A stretch of 62,247 bases of DNA, the filler included, from Choristocarpus tenellus KU-1152 (Eukaryota > Protista > Phaeophyceae): the NCBI GenBank assembly GCA_964200185.2. It is 11 parts of 11 records of this genome, joined end to end, with 100 filler letters (N's around TTAATTAATTAA, not from the genome) between each part and the next. Parts side by side here need not be neighbours in the genome. Positions count along the whole stretch, not along the records: positions 43,183 to 62,247 come from CAXNAD020000494.1; 10 more parts are not named here. One strand, given 5' to 3'. A program made the position numbers and the translations under genes. Positions 49,466 through 62,247 of the stretch are shown here, piece after piece; the first letter of the stretch is position 1; each line of letters starts with the position of its first letter. Below the pieces are notes generated by a model. The model was not told the DNA's origin. It did no database searches and saw only the letters and a list, made by a program, of their open reading frames with translations.

Positions 49466-52400
49466 TCAGTTCTCATCCGCTTCCCACTTGTCATCACCTT
49501 CAAAGACACCACTCCACCATGATGTTCTATCTCTTGTTTCCCTGCGCTTCTTGATTGTCAATGACAAAACCTTTTCACTGCTGCTGCTATCTGCATTTTA
49601 GTTATTGTGTGAATTGCAAGCAATAATGCACAGACTCAGCAGGAAGTCACAATACAAACATGTATAATCAGGGTTCTTGCGCCTTGACCATGGCAAAAGA
49701 CACTCTAGCCTATCAGTAACAGTAGGTGAATATTACAGGTCATGATCTCTAAGAAACAATACTACATACAGCACTCATTACAAATAACCAGTATACACTT
49801 GGAGTAAGAGTATCTGTGGTGTAAGGCTCTCTTGTCATGGACATTGCACTTGCACAGCTATCATGACCCTAACCCTATGAGAGAGGTCCAGACTGCATGT
49901 GGAGGTTCCACGTACAATGGTGAGGTGATAGATATGACAACATACAGTGGATTGGTGAGTGGCCATGGCATGCAAGGAGAAAGAGGCAACAGTAGTCAGT
50001 GGCATCAGAGCCGATCACACCTGAATGGTGTATACCCTTTATTAAACATTGTAGTGATACATATTTGACTCTGAGCATCTTGCAACCAACGATATCAAAG
50101 CTCTTGTCTTACCCGTGGCATCCTCCACACCCATAATGATGATCAAACTAAGGAACCAATAAAAAATAATTATATAACTCTTTTAAGAAGACAATAACAA
50201 AATATTATTGTAGATGTGAGGAGATTAGTCTGTAGGCCATGTACAACACTGAGAGGTGGTTGAGATCAGGTAGTGCTATTTAGAGCCAGCGCAACACAGT
50301 GATTGGTCTCCGCGGGTGGTGTTAGTGTGATAACACAAGCAGGAGGCACAAGATCAATAATATTATTTAGCCCATACCTATCATGTCAACATATAAGAGC
50401 GAGACAGTCAGTTGTCATGATATCAAGAGTCAACAATTCGGCAGTTAAATTCGGATAGGGGTGGAATAACTCATAGGTGATGAGTTGTGTATCAGGAAAA
50501 CAAAAAAGGTGAAACTATGTACCAACTCTTGCCCTAACTCTACCTTGAAAAAACATGTGATGAGTCATTTGAACTCGCATTCACACGGGAATGAGAAGTC
50601 GATACAGGAAACAAGACAAAGATGTGTAGATAGTGCAGCTGATATACTTCACACTAGGCATTACATGGTGATATGTACTCTGCATTAATAGTAGTACATA
50701 AACGGGATCTGAAACACTTTGTGGGACTGCTTCTCAACAATCAAATGCTTGGACTAGACCTAGGTATATACCGCAGCAATCTCAAGTACTCAGATACCTC
50801 ACAACGTAGTGCATTGACCAATGGGGTTGAGCCTTTTTTCTTAGAATCAAAGCAAGTAAAGCGCACGGGAAGCACTGCCCACTCTAAATGTAAGTAATTA
50901 GTATATTGAAGCACAAAGTTGCAAAGCAGAGTTAGGGTTAGGGTTTTTGAGGTGGGCAGGAGTGGCCATCTTGATTTTCTTGAGCGATTATTAGATGCTT
51001 GACTTTAGGAAAAATATATTGAACCTCAGGGAAACCATCGTGACTGACTGGGTAACTGTTTATTATTATCATTATCGCACCTAGCCCTAACCCTGAAGTG
51101 CATGAGAGCAATCTGCACGATCTCTTTGAAAACATTCACAGGAAGAACAAACCTTGCGGGGGGGGGTTTCCTCGGTCTCTTATAAAAAACTACAGTGAAA
51201 GGGAAGGGGGGCAGTATGACGGAGAGTTCCATATGTTCACAACTCTGCGTATGGTGACATCTTCCCTTGTACCATATATCGTTTTCAGGCATGAAAATAG
51301 AAGAATATTAATTGAACAGAGACTGACGTTTCAAGAAAAAGAACTTTTTTTGTGTGCAAAGCTGTAGACCATACTTCATACCTCAATTCAAAACGATGAA
51401 GTCTTGATGGTCAGCTGCCACATGAAAAAGGGTATGGCAAGAACCCAGGCGACTCAAGAATCTCTGAAGACCAAAAGAATTCCAACTACGGTGCTTAATT
51501 GATAGGTCAAAGTAGTGGCAAAAACACTAGTCTCACCTAGCATCCACACAGAATCCCAGGGGCTGATTTGGTCCTTGAATATCAGCTCCTGCTTACCAAA
51601 TTTGGGATACTGATCAAAGGACAAGCTCATTGACCTCCCATTTGGATGCAGTTCTAAACGTGTTCCCTTCTTGGTTACTTCCCGTGGGACTGGGAAGTGA
51701 ATCTGTGCAATGGCAGTTACAAAATGTTACAATTATTTATCATTCCACAAGGAATAGTAGATGACAATATGGTATTTTTACATTAGCATCTGACCTAAAC
51801 TTTTACAAAAAATTACTACTGTAATATGCTTAGAACTCTCAGCAAAAACATTTCTTGCCAATTTCAACAGAGTTTCGATTTCTGAAAACCATGTTCAAGT
51901 CTATCTTAAATGATGCTACATGGAAGAAATTCCACTAGCATGGCACAGCAAAAATGAAGACTGACCTCAAGTGTTTCGGCATTTTGCACCCAGCTGTATT
52001 TGCTTGTCTTTCCTTTGAACCTGATTGTTGGACTTTCTATCTCCCCCTGGAATAGAGATGCCCAGAACTCGTATGTGCCTGGGCAAATGAAACATTGACA
52101 ACCAAATGGATAGCTTCCTGTCTCAGTTGGATCACCACCACATGCAAACCTCAACTGCCTACTCTTATTTAAAGTGTTAGGGTGAAATGATGTACTTCAT
52201 ACTCCATACCTACTTCAAGGAAGTCAAGGGAAACTAGAAGGCCTCAGAGAGGAGCACCACTTAGTGTGCAGTCCATCAATGCGCAAGATCGTTCCGTAGA
52301 CCCCACGAATAGTGCATAGTGAGGAAGTACAAGGAGAAAAATAAAACAATGTAGTGGCATCAAAATTCAACATTGCTCCTACTGGCACTACCTCTAACCC

Positions 52401-54672
52401 TAAACATATGATTCCAACTCCAATAGTAACATAGCCATGCTTACACTGCCATGAAAGTAATTGTGCTATCCCTAACCCTAACTTGATGATCGTACAGTGT
52501 AGTATACATACTGAACACTATCAATAGTTAACCGGCACCAACTAATATATATATATATATTACTTCTGACAACTTACACTTGACCCAACCACCTATGATA
52601 TGTAGGTATAAGAAGGAATAGCTACAACATTGTTTGCATACGACATTGGGTACCAAGTACATTAGGTGACTGCAGAGTATGGCACACTACAGCAATAGCG
52701 TAACCACAACTTCAAGAATTAAGGAGTATCTGCTACCTGAAAGGTGTCTTATAGTCTACGTTGCTACCAAAAGGAATCTTGGGGAGGCACTTTATGTTTG
52801 CTTTGTTGCAATTTTCATGCAATCATAAAATAGAGTCCCATGCACCTGAGGGTGTTCAACTCTACTATTCAACAGCACTGTGAAGACTAGAGTTGTGTAC
52901 TCACAAGGGTAGGACACTACACACCAAAGCATTAGACCAACTTGAAACACAACCTATGCTGAAGACCGGTTACCTAAATCATACAAAATAGATGCAATGA
53001 CCCTTACTCTGTAACATTCTAACCGCCACAAGTACCAGCATTTCTTAGTATTACATCACTAACAGGATTCAAGATTGAAGCTGCACCATTTGCTGCTCTT
53101 TGCTTCCCCAACGTTGCAAAACACGGCCGCACCTTAATCTACCAACAGTGATTGTAATTAGCACCATCAAAATGTACATTCACACATGTACCCTGTGTCT
53201 CTCTCACCTTCAGCAGATGCTTTATACAGAATAACGTGAATGTAACATTCTCCATTTCGCGTTTGTACGCTAACAGTTGACTTCGCAGAGTCTATGCTCC
53301 CAGTGAAACGACCCTTGCAAGCAATAGAACATGACCAAGTAAGTGAGTGGTAAAGTGTACATGGTTTATGCCCTGATTCCATGGGTGGTATGCACATGCA
53401 ATTGTCCTCTAAAATCCTTGTGAGAATGAGTTTGACATCCTGATTTCCAATATGTCCACACTTTTTGAGAACTAAACTCTGTTTGCACTATGATGTAGAT
53501 CTAGAGCCATTGCATTAGGAAGCTACAATACAAGGACAAGACCTCTTCGAGGAAGATACGAAAATCAATCTTAAAACTCTTGTAAATTTCCGAAATCTAG
53601 TGAATTCGTGATTAGATATACTTTAGGTGTTAGCAGGAATGGATGAGGCTCGAAACCACTTAAAGGGAACGGCGTGCCATCTGATCAGGGCTACTCCGAC
53701 TACAGCAAGTAATTAGTTGAAAATCAAGTGACGTGTTACGGAAATGTGTACACACCGTTACAGCGCCGAAGCTCTCATCATTATTGATAGCTAGCATAAA
53801 CTGCTCAGGCTCCAACACAAGGTGGAGGTCATCGACACGGCATGAAGTTGCCACGGGTATTTCCACATCAAAAGTGTTTTCCATCTGGTGCCACCGATAA
53901 CGGTGACATTGCCGATGGCGAGGAAATTCATCGATCTCGGTCTTGAGGTCCTTCAGTCTTTGAACCTCCTGGTGCTGTTTTGCTGCCTCATAATATTCCC
54001 GTTCCATACCCTGCCCAATCCAAGAGTATTGAGGAAAGAGACACAGAGAGGGTTAGGAGAGGGAACACTTGGACCAATGAGAAATAAGTGACCACTGAAA
54101 GGCGAGCTAAACAGGTTTACCTAGGTCCTCTCTTGATGCACAGTTCTCAGGTGATTACCAAATACTCACGTCGATCTCTTCAATATCCTTACGTCCACTC
54201 TGCAAACCAGATAATCTTTTCTCCTCCTGTGATTTAATCACCTCCTGACGCCTCCTTGCAGCCTCATAATAATCCGCTTTCAATTGCTGCCAAACCCAAG
54301 AAGTGGAAACAGGAGAAATATGGAATTGGCAAACCAGTTCAACATGTGGTGGGAGTTGCAATTCCACAAACTCTCAAAGGAAGAGGATTTCTTCCGAGAG
54401 CACTTCGCCACTTGTGTCACCTCCTCTGAATCATCGGCAGGACCCCCTTGTCCTCCCATCTCCCTCATGTCTCCTGCCATCCTCATCCTCCACTTCCCGT
54501 ACCTCTGGTTGTGCAAAGGCCATTCCAAACCTTGACATGCTTGACACGAGGAAACAGTATAACGCCTTCCTAAAGGAAAGCTGGGCATCAATAAGGAAGT
54601 CGTGCTACTCAACGCAGATACTCTTGCGACCCCTGACAGCACTCCCAAGGCGGAAATGATTATTAAAGTCAT
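49466..54672 (-). CDS. Tandem CS (p23/NudC-like, HSP20-fold) domain protein with signal peptide plus transit-like leader; exons 54672-54421, 54286-54170, 54010-53756, 53313-53208, 52078-51966, 51702-51537, 49590-49466
   Basis: Two CS-type units: YRWHQMENTFDVEIPV...FTGSIDSAKS...LYK...FWASLFQGE and YSWVQNAETLEIHFPVP...ISPWDSVWML...LSLTIKK...WWSGVFEGD. All seven exons join in phase. Confidence 0.8.
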
Positions 54673-54823
54673 TTTTATTGTGAGATCAAGATGAGGTTAA
54701 TGTTTCACATAACAAGTGGTATTGAGGAAATTCAATGATTTTTCAATTATAGTGATCAACCTTACTGAATCTTGATGAAGGACCCTCGACAGTAGTCTCA
54801 GGTTCAACAAGGCTCATCTTGAC

Positions 54824-57800
54824 ATGCCTGGCCTTGCTGATGGATTGAGTACACGTGTAGGAGTTGAGGCGAGTTGGAAGGGGACGTCCAAGTTGGCTTT
54901 GGGGGTACAAGGTGACAGGAAAGGGGCTGGTTCGTCATTGGGTGACTGTGATGGGGCCGACTTGACCGTTGTACCATGGGAAGATATACGATGCCTCACC
55001 TTTTTCGGACTTCGTAAGCGGTGGGTGTTCTTGGTGGGAGTTTCGGCGGTTATGTTATTCCTGAGGAGGCGGCGGCGCCTTGCCCGTGAAGAGGAAGCAA
55101 AGTGGCAATCGCGTGCCAAGAACGGGATGGGAAAAAGTAATGGAAAGAGACACCTACAGCATGAGGAGCGGAGGGCCGAGCTCCGTCCATCTTTGTTGAT
55201 ATCTTGTAATCCAGAAGGTGCTCTGTCCGCCCCCTCACGTCCTGGTATCACAAAGGCAGCCAGTATTTCAGGAGGGTACGCATGGGCAAGGTCAAGGGTT
55301 GATATTGGCGCAGTACTAGGCATGGACATTGGAGGAACTCTGTCCAAGCTTGTCTATTTCGAGAAAAAAGCCCCGCCGACGTCACAACCCCTTCGACGGC
55401 AAAGTGCTCAAGACCCCATGAAGAAAAAGGTGCTTTGCCTAGAACATTCCTCCCTTCTCCCGTTCATTTTTTGCCTACCAACCTGAGGGTGGGAATAGTC
55501 TCAGCCTCAGTCCTTCGGTTGTTCTTCCAGTCTGAAACTGAAGGCTAACATATTGAGGTTCCATGGCAACTCAAATATCTTTTCTTTTCCAGGTATATAG
55601 GCCTTCTGGAGTTTAGTCCCTTAAAGCAATTGTGTTCAATTCTAGCTCCATTGGAGTTGTTTCATGATCGAGAAAAATTTTCCGTGGTGCAGCCGCTGAT
55701 GGCTCTGAAACTGACATTGTTTAACCCTTGTGCACCTTGCGGATGGTCGAATTGCCTCTCCATGCCAGTACAATGACCTACAAAATTGCGTATGAATAAA
55801 TGCTGAATAGTTTGGGGGTCGTTTGTTTTTTTGTATGTATCACTTAACTCAGATCCATGTGTACTTACAAAGTAGATGCAAACTTACTGTGTCCCTAGGT
55901 GGAGATGAAGCGTAACGTAAGCTTGGGTAGCCTCTTGGAGACCAAGGAGCAACAAGAGGCCCTGGAGAATTTCTACAGCTTCATGAATACGGCATCAAAC
56001 CTTGGAGAAAGTGGGGTGAAGGACACGCATCTAAGTGCCTACAGTCACGCACTGGGTGGGGTGTTACACTTTTTCCACTTTGAGACGCGTCACATGGACC
56101 ATGCTGTTGAAATAATATCAAAGAGTCCGGTGCACAAAACTATCCAGGCATTGGGATGTACAGGGGGTGGTGCATTCAAGTTTGAGGATTTTTTTATGAA
56201 ACAGCTAGGTGTGAAGATGTTACAGATGGATGAGATGGAGTGCCTCGTTCGTGGACTCCAGTTTGCTCTAGCCAATGTGCCAAGGGAATGTTACACGTTC
56301 CGTCCTGAGAAGAAGAACGGAGGTTCTGAGGCAGGCACTGATCAGGAGGGTATATCGGATCCACAGGACACATTCCGGAACATGCGTATGAGAAAATTAT
56401 CCGAGATGAGGCAGAAGGTGGTGAGTGACGCAAGTTTCTGCAGATGGAGCACAGAGCTAGGCCTGCACTTTGTCTTGACCCTTGTCAGAGTGTGCAGCAA
56501 TTTTCTATATCTGAAGTGGGCAAGTTGTCTTTTGGAGGGCGGTTGTACTTTCCTTCATACACTTGTCAAGGCTGACAAGAGTTAGCTAGTTACACTCTGA
56601 CTGGATATATTGCTGGTTGGTTTTACTGAGAAGGCCTCCATCGACTGGAAGAGCTCGATTTGTCTCGTTCGGATTATTGGTGAATTAAGTGATGGCAGTT
56701 AAATTGTCTGCTGGGGTTAGGGTATGGGTCGCAGTGAAAGCTTAGGTGTGGAGGCAAGTATTTTCTTTCTTTGCGTGAGGGTATGAATGTACCCTGAATC
56801 CTTGCTATCACTCTCTACCTTGTTGCCTCATTGGTATCCTTGATTGTGCAGGACCTCTCCTTCAAGGCATACCGGTCCTCGGAGGAGTTGCTGCCCACAG
56901 CCTACCCTGCCCTACTTGTCTCAATCGGATCTGGGGTCAGCATTATTAAGGTGCTCTTATCAGTGTGCTATGATACCTACAGAGAACATGGTACATGATA
57001 TATGGTACTGGAAGAGAGAGCAACTGGTGAGAATGGCATCAAGCAATTTGACCATAGTTCTCTCCTATATCACTCCTGCTGTTTACTCCTAATCAACTAG
57101 TGCCTCATCTGTTCTTGGTGTGTAACACCTCTTGCTAGGTTGATGGCCCCTCAAAATTTGAGCGTGTAAGTGGCAGCAGTATTGGAGGCGGCACCTATTG
57201 GGGTCTGTGCCGCCTCTTGACCCAGGCATCGAACTATGACCACTCCCTAGAGATGGCAAGTCAAGGAGACTCTGACCTGGTGGACATGCTTGTGGGTGAC
57301 ATTTATGGGCAGGACTACAATAAGTTCCAGCTGAGCTCGAAAACTTTGGCAAGCTCTTTTGGCAAAGTTGTTAGTATGGAAGACCCACGGAGCAAGGATT
57401 CAGGGGTGGGCGAGGAGGACTTAGCAAAAGCGCTGGTGGTGATGATTACAATGAACATTGGGCAGGTGAGACTACATTAGTTTTGGGGAGTCGTTGTGGA
57501 CTCTAATAGGGTTGTGTTTGGGTTTGTTGTATCAAGACAGTGTTAGTAATAGTGGTGGCAATATAACCATTCTTGTCCTTGGAAGGATAACAAATTTCTA
57601 TGCATCAAGTTAACAATCTAAAAAATGTGTTGTTCCTTTCAATACAGGCAGACTTGTATTCCTTATTCAGTTCTTGTACAGACCAAATCCAGATTATGCA
57701 AATGACTCCAAAAATACTTGACAAGAATCCTGAGATCGATATATATAATTAGCGGTTGGAATGATTACGAATATCATTGATTGCAAAAGAGCACTAGTAG

Positions 57801-58866
57801 ACTTGCCAAGTTTAGTACCTAACATATCAGCCGCTGCTTTGCCTCTTGTCTTTAACTGTAAAGGTTAAAAAAAATTACAAAGAACAAACTTTCTCAAATA
57901 AGAATACGATATTCTAGTTACATGGTTAATGGGTCTTAGATGTGGTATTATATTGTACCTGGGAACCATGGTATTCATAGTTAGCAAGGCGTAGAACTAG
58001 GGTACTAAAACTACAATCCAGAGATGTACACAGCATTAAAATTTGGATTTCAGATAATATTGAGTTGTAGGTTATTGCAACAGCTTCACTCTCATTTGAA
58101 CACTCTGTATCAAGTGTGTCTGAAAGAAGGAACAGCTATTGCTGTTGTCTTAACCTTGGCCAATTGTTTGCGGTTGATAATCATTGCTAAGTTCAGAACT
58201 GTATTGTTGTTGAAGAGGAATGCTCTGCTAGAGTAATCTGTAATTTTGAACACCTAACTCTACGCTATGATGTCTCTATTCTTTTCCATGTCTCTGTATA
58301 CTATGAACATTTGGACACGAAATAATAATTTGTTCTTGCGAAGGACACTGCCTTAGTGGCATTTCACTGTGCCAGGTCATACTTTGGATCTAATTAGGTA
58401 ACTTACTTTAGACTTGAACGTGGAGTTGTACCACTTTTCCCCATTGGGCTTTGTGACTGCAATAGGTTCTCCCTGCCGAAGGCAAGCCCACCAAACAGGA
58501 TTTGTTGACAAGATGCGCCTCTTTTCCATCCATGTAAAATGCATATGCACCATTTAGCTGCACTACTGATCTGAATGGTGTTTGATTTACTCCAATTTTC
58601 TACCTGGCATCTCCTGACCACCACAGGTAGCATACCTTAATGCAAAGCTGTACGATACCCGACGTATCTATTTTGTGGGCAACTTCCTCCGTAACAACTG
58701 GGTTTCAACAAGACGATTGGCGTTTGCGATTGACTACTGGAGTGGTGGAGAAATGGAGGCATTGTTCTTAGAACATGAGGGGTACCTGGGTGCAATGGGC
58801 TCTTTTCTCATGTCTGGCACAGAAGAAGCATTGGACGCCGATTCAGAACCCACCTCTGAGACTTGA
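54824..58866 (+). CDS. PANK: Type II pantothenate kinase (fumble family); exons 54824-55429, 55899-56420, 56852-56950, 57139-57465, 58627-58866
   Basis: GMDIGGTLSKLVYFE, CTGGGAFKF, DEMECLVRG, YPALLVSIGSGVSIIKV, RVSGSSIGGGTYWGL, DMLVGDIYG, ASSFGK, FVGNFLR, FLEHEGYLGAMG. Confidence 0.96.
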
Positions 58867-61800
58867 GTTTTTCAGCAAAATGTTAGGTTGTTACTGAAAG
58901 AATGAGATTGTTGAGTGTACAGACGTTTACAGTGTAGAACTGTTCTATTTCTACTAAATAGCTTTTAGATTATTGATGTTGAGCTGGATGGGGGTGGGAG
59001 CCCTTGAGGTGAGATACCATGTCCTCTCGTTAATGTAACTGAGTGATGATGTTGATGGAGGTAAAATGGCACCAGTGAGGGGCTTTTTGTGAATTCCCGT
59101 GTAGAATCTTTGCAGTGTGGGTGCTGCAAGAAGCCTCTGTGTCAGAATTTGTTTGGTCAAGTGTATGTTGTTTGGCACATGGTTGCACAGGATGCCGTTC
59201 TTGTGTAGATGTACATGCATACCAGTAAGTAAACGTCACAAGAGGGAGGGACTAACTTTGCTAGAACTGCTGTTGCTCAATTTGTTGATAGCTGATTGTC
59301 CCTGTGTACTTAGATGGACTGCCGGATTCAGCAGTGCATGCCCAACTGACACTCCGATCCAAGTCTATTCATAGTCCTACAGAGTTGAGGAAAGTCTAGA
59401 GGTTTCCTGGAGTGTTGAGGATAAGGAAACCTTTTCTTCCCCTGCGATCTTCTCTATTAATGGCAGAGGTTATGGCAACTGCACTAGTAGTATTGGGCTT
59501 CCTAGGTGTTATCCTCAGCAATGTAGTTGCAAGGGTTAGGTTAGGTTAACTGTGTCTAATACCAAGCATAGAATGAATCTTTTTCTTGAGCTCCTTTGTT
59601 CCAGCCTCCTGTCCCAAGTCTTGTGACTCTTTCAGCATGCATTTTCAGCTACGCTTTACAAATGCATGACATGATCAAGGTTACGAGTCTGCACCAGACC
59701 CAATCATCTACAAATATCCTCTGTGTGTACAATTTATAACATTTATAAATGACTTGATTCCAGCATCATTTATTGAAGACATCAATGCTGTGAACTGCAA
59801 CAGTTTAGCAGCTCAATAGTTTTAGTTGGCATTTGATCGTGTTGGCTATTGTGTTTTTTGTTTTTTCGATTTTTTGAAATGATAATTACTGTGAAGATTG
59901 CAAAGAGCATCAAGCCACCCACCATGATTCTCCTTCTATGTACCTTTGAATATGACCGATGCCTTTGGAGGCTATGGGTCCGGAGACCTTGATTATTTAT
60001 CTGCTGGGTACGTTGTCCCACATAGGGATAAGGATAATGAGAAAGACCAACTGGAGGATGGGAGCAGGGTATATGCTATGGCATGAGGAATCAAGGCATG
60101 ATATGCTAGATGCAGCAGGCACAGAGTACAGCATAGCACACACACTGCCCATGCTGAGAGGTCACAACCCCCATTGGAAAAAGAGGCTTAAGGGTTTCAC
60201 TTAAGCTTCAATTGAACATCCATCGTAGCGTAAGTTCAGCTAATGGTGGTGGAGTGGTGGTACAAGTTGTAAGGGCAGAGTGCATGGATCAGTCAGCCCA
60301 AGTAGAACTGGACTCCTTCAAGAGGGTCATGAGAGGAACAGGTTCAGTGCCCTGCTTCTGAAGCAGTGGCAAAAGCAGGCTTCATCCTTTCCACACTTGG
60401 ACAAACTTGCCGTGTTTCGATCATTCCTGCTGCACAGGTAGACTTGAGAATGTATTTATCCTCTCATCATCTAAGAAAATTATAGAGAAATAGACCGGAA
60501 CCAGACAAGGCGCATATCCTCACCTTCCAGTGTGGCATCTGGCTCAAGGTGGATGCATGGTTTGGGAAGTTCCCATGAGTGCAGGATACACCTTAAGCCT
60601 GGAGGGATCCAGTCACACTTGGAGGGTGTAGCCACAACTGTGTTTCTAGAGTTGGCATTCATAGTGTTACTAAGTGCTTTAAATAGAAGCATATGTATCC
60701 TAGTGAACCGCCAACTAAAATCCGACATTATGTCAATTTTCCGCCCACTAAAAAGGCCATTCCTTCCTACCGTGAACGAAAAAAAATTGTTTAGAAGGGG
60801 TTTGTCTGTGGGCTGTGCCATCCCTCTATCATTCCTTACTACCTATCTATGCCCTTGGGAACTGGAGACTAGACTACATTTTCATTGTAGGATGTCTCCA
60901 GGCTCATCAGGGGACCTGTGATCTGTTTGACAGGAGATGAGGTAGTGCTCTACATACAGCAAGGTCTCCAGAAAGTGGGCAATGCAGAGAGGGAATGGGA
61001 GACAGGATTCGTTGGAGTTCCTGGGCAAGAAGTGGAGGGGTTGATAAGTGTGGACCCGAGTAAATGTCACATTTCCGAAAGTCTTTAGAATGCTGCATGT
61101 CCCTGTCCCTCCTAAATCCTCCCTAGTCAGAAAAAGGAAAATGTGGATGTGTTAGTGAAGTCTTTCCTCCAGAATTGGAGAAGTTCACGACACACTCAGT
61201 GGAGGGTGATGAAACCTGTTTTCTTATAATTTTGTCGGGAAGACCTTTTTTGCCAGGAATTGTCAAGTTTTGCATATTCGGTCACGCCTTTCGGTTGTGG
61301 CAACTGCATTGAAATACCACACCACACTCTTCAAGAAAGGTGGATGGCTTGACAGGAATATGATACCAACTGTTCGTAGGGAAATCCTCTGTGTGCATTG
61401 CTCTTGAGTTGGATTGAAATCCAAATGTTGAAGGAGTTGATTCTTATTGAGATTCTGACAAGGAAGTAACTATGGGACTTGGGTTGGGTCAATCGAATGT
61501 ATCTGACCTGCGAGGCTCTTGAACAGTCTATAGAAATGTTCCTTCTTGTCATCCTATGTCACAACCAAGGGAGCAACGCCTTGCAAATCTGAGGTCCTTC
61601 AGGTTCGACGTTGTGTCTAGTGGCGTTGTTGGTCGTCTTGTTCTAGCCCTTCTACCCAAGGGGAAGCAACGGCTGTGTGAATCCCAGCAACACTAACCTG
61701 GAGAACCATAATTGTTTTATCCCCATATTGTCGAAGTACCTATTATCCCTGGGGGAGCAGAGCCTGTTCCTCATAGATGAATGCATCCGGAAGTTATGTC

Positions 61801-62247
61801 CTGTTCCACATTGGAACGAGGTGGGAATTTGTGTATATACATAGATGTACCTTTTTTTATGCAGTGTATGTTGCCACCTCTTCTTTGTTAGAATCGCATA
61901 GTATAGGGCAGCAATATAATTGATGCAATATATCAGTCTTATCATTCTCAGGAACAGGGACTGGATGCTTTTCCTTTTTCCCCGTTTTGGGTCTCTCGCA
62001 GTTTGTCGAACAAGAATCCACCTTCCACTGGTAACGCCCTCAATATCCTACATTAACTACGATTTTCCTATTTTGTACCTAATCTTGTTGCGAACATCAT
62101 CGTACTTTGCTCTATAACTTCACACTGTGCAGGCAGACTTCAAGTCTGTTGATGAGATTATTTTCTACCTTAATATATTCACTCCCCACATAACAGTGGA
62201 TTCTAAAAATTGAGGATGGAGCGTACTATTGAGGATGGTTTTGACCG

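Noticed and set aside
60200-61950. Coding-like region downstream of PANK
   Set aside because: All frames are interrupted and no diagnostic motif was found. Probably TE debris, but unsupported.

Overview
Eukaryotic nuclear DNA, most likely an ochrophyte or brown-algal-type stramenopile (GT-AG introns, 18S signature, bipartite plastid-type leader; taxon is inferred). The window is not one locus. It is 11 contigs joined by 100-bp artificial spacers (44 N + TTAATTAATTAA + 44 N), so adjacency across spacers means nothing. Intron-containing genes reconstructed by eye: TRAPPC13 (5' part), an HCF173-like NAD(P)-binding/CIA30 protein (internal exons), a DUF4795-like protein (3' part), PRP8 (3' end), methionyl-tRNA formyltransferase, a probably plastid-targeted tandem CS/p23-domain protein, and a type II pantothenate kinase with an N-terminal hydrophobic helix. 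The rest is rich in decayed elements: two Copia remnants, a Gypsy/chromovirus fragment, an RTE-like LINE tail and unidentified elements. The most striking signal is a ~260-bp MITE family (TIR GAGTSAAAGTATCTTAGAGGGTA, 3-bp TSD, central hairpin) present in 8 copies. Three copies interrupt one degenerate 18S rDNA copy within about 800 bp, and a fourth lies in its upstream spacer. A sister family with a related terminus (GGGTCAAAGTATCT followed by poly-G) includes a 40-bp mini-element with an intact TSD. All calls are from manual reading; no searches were run.
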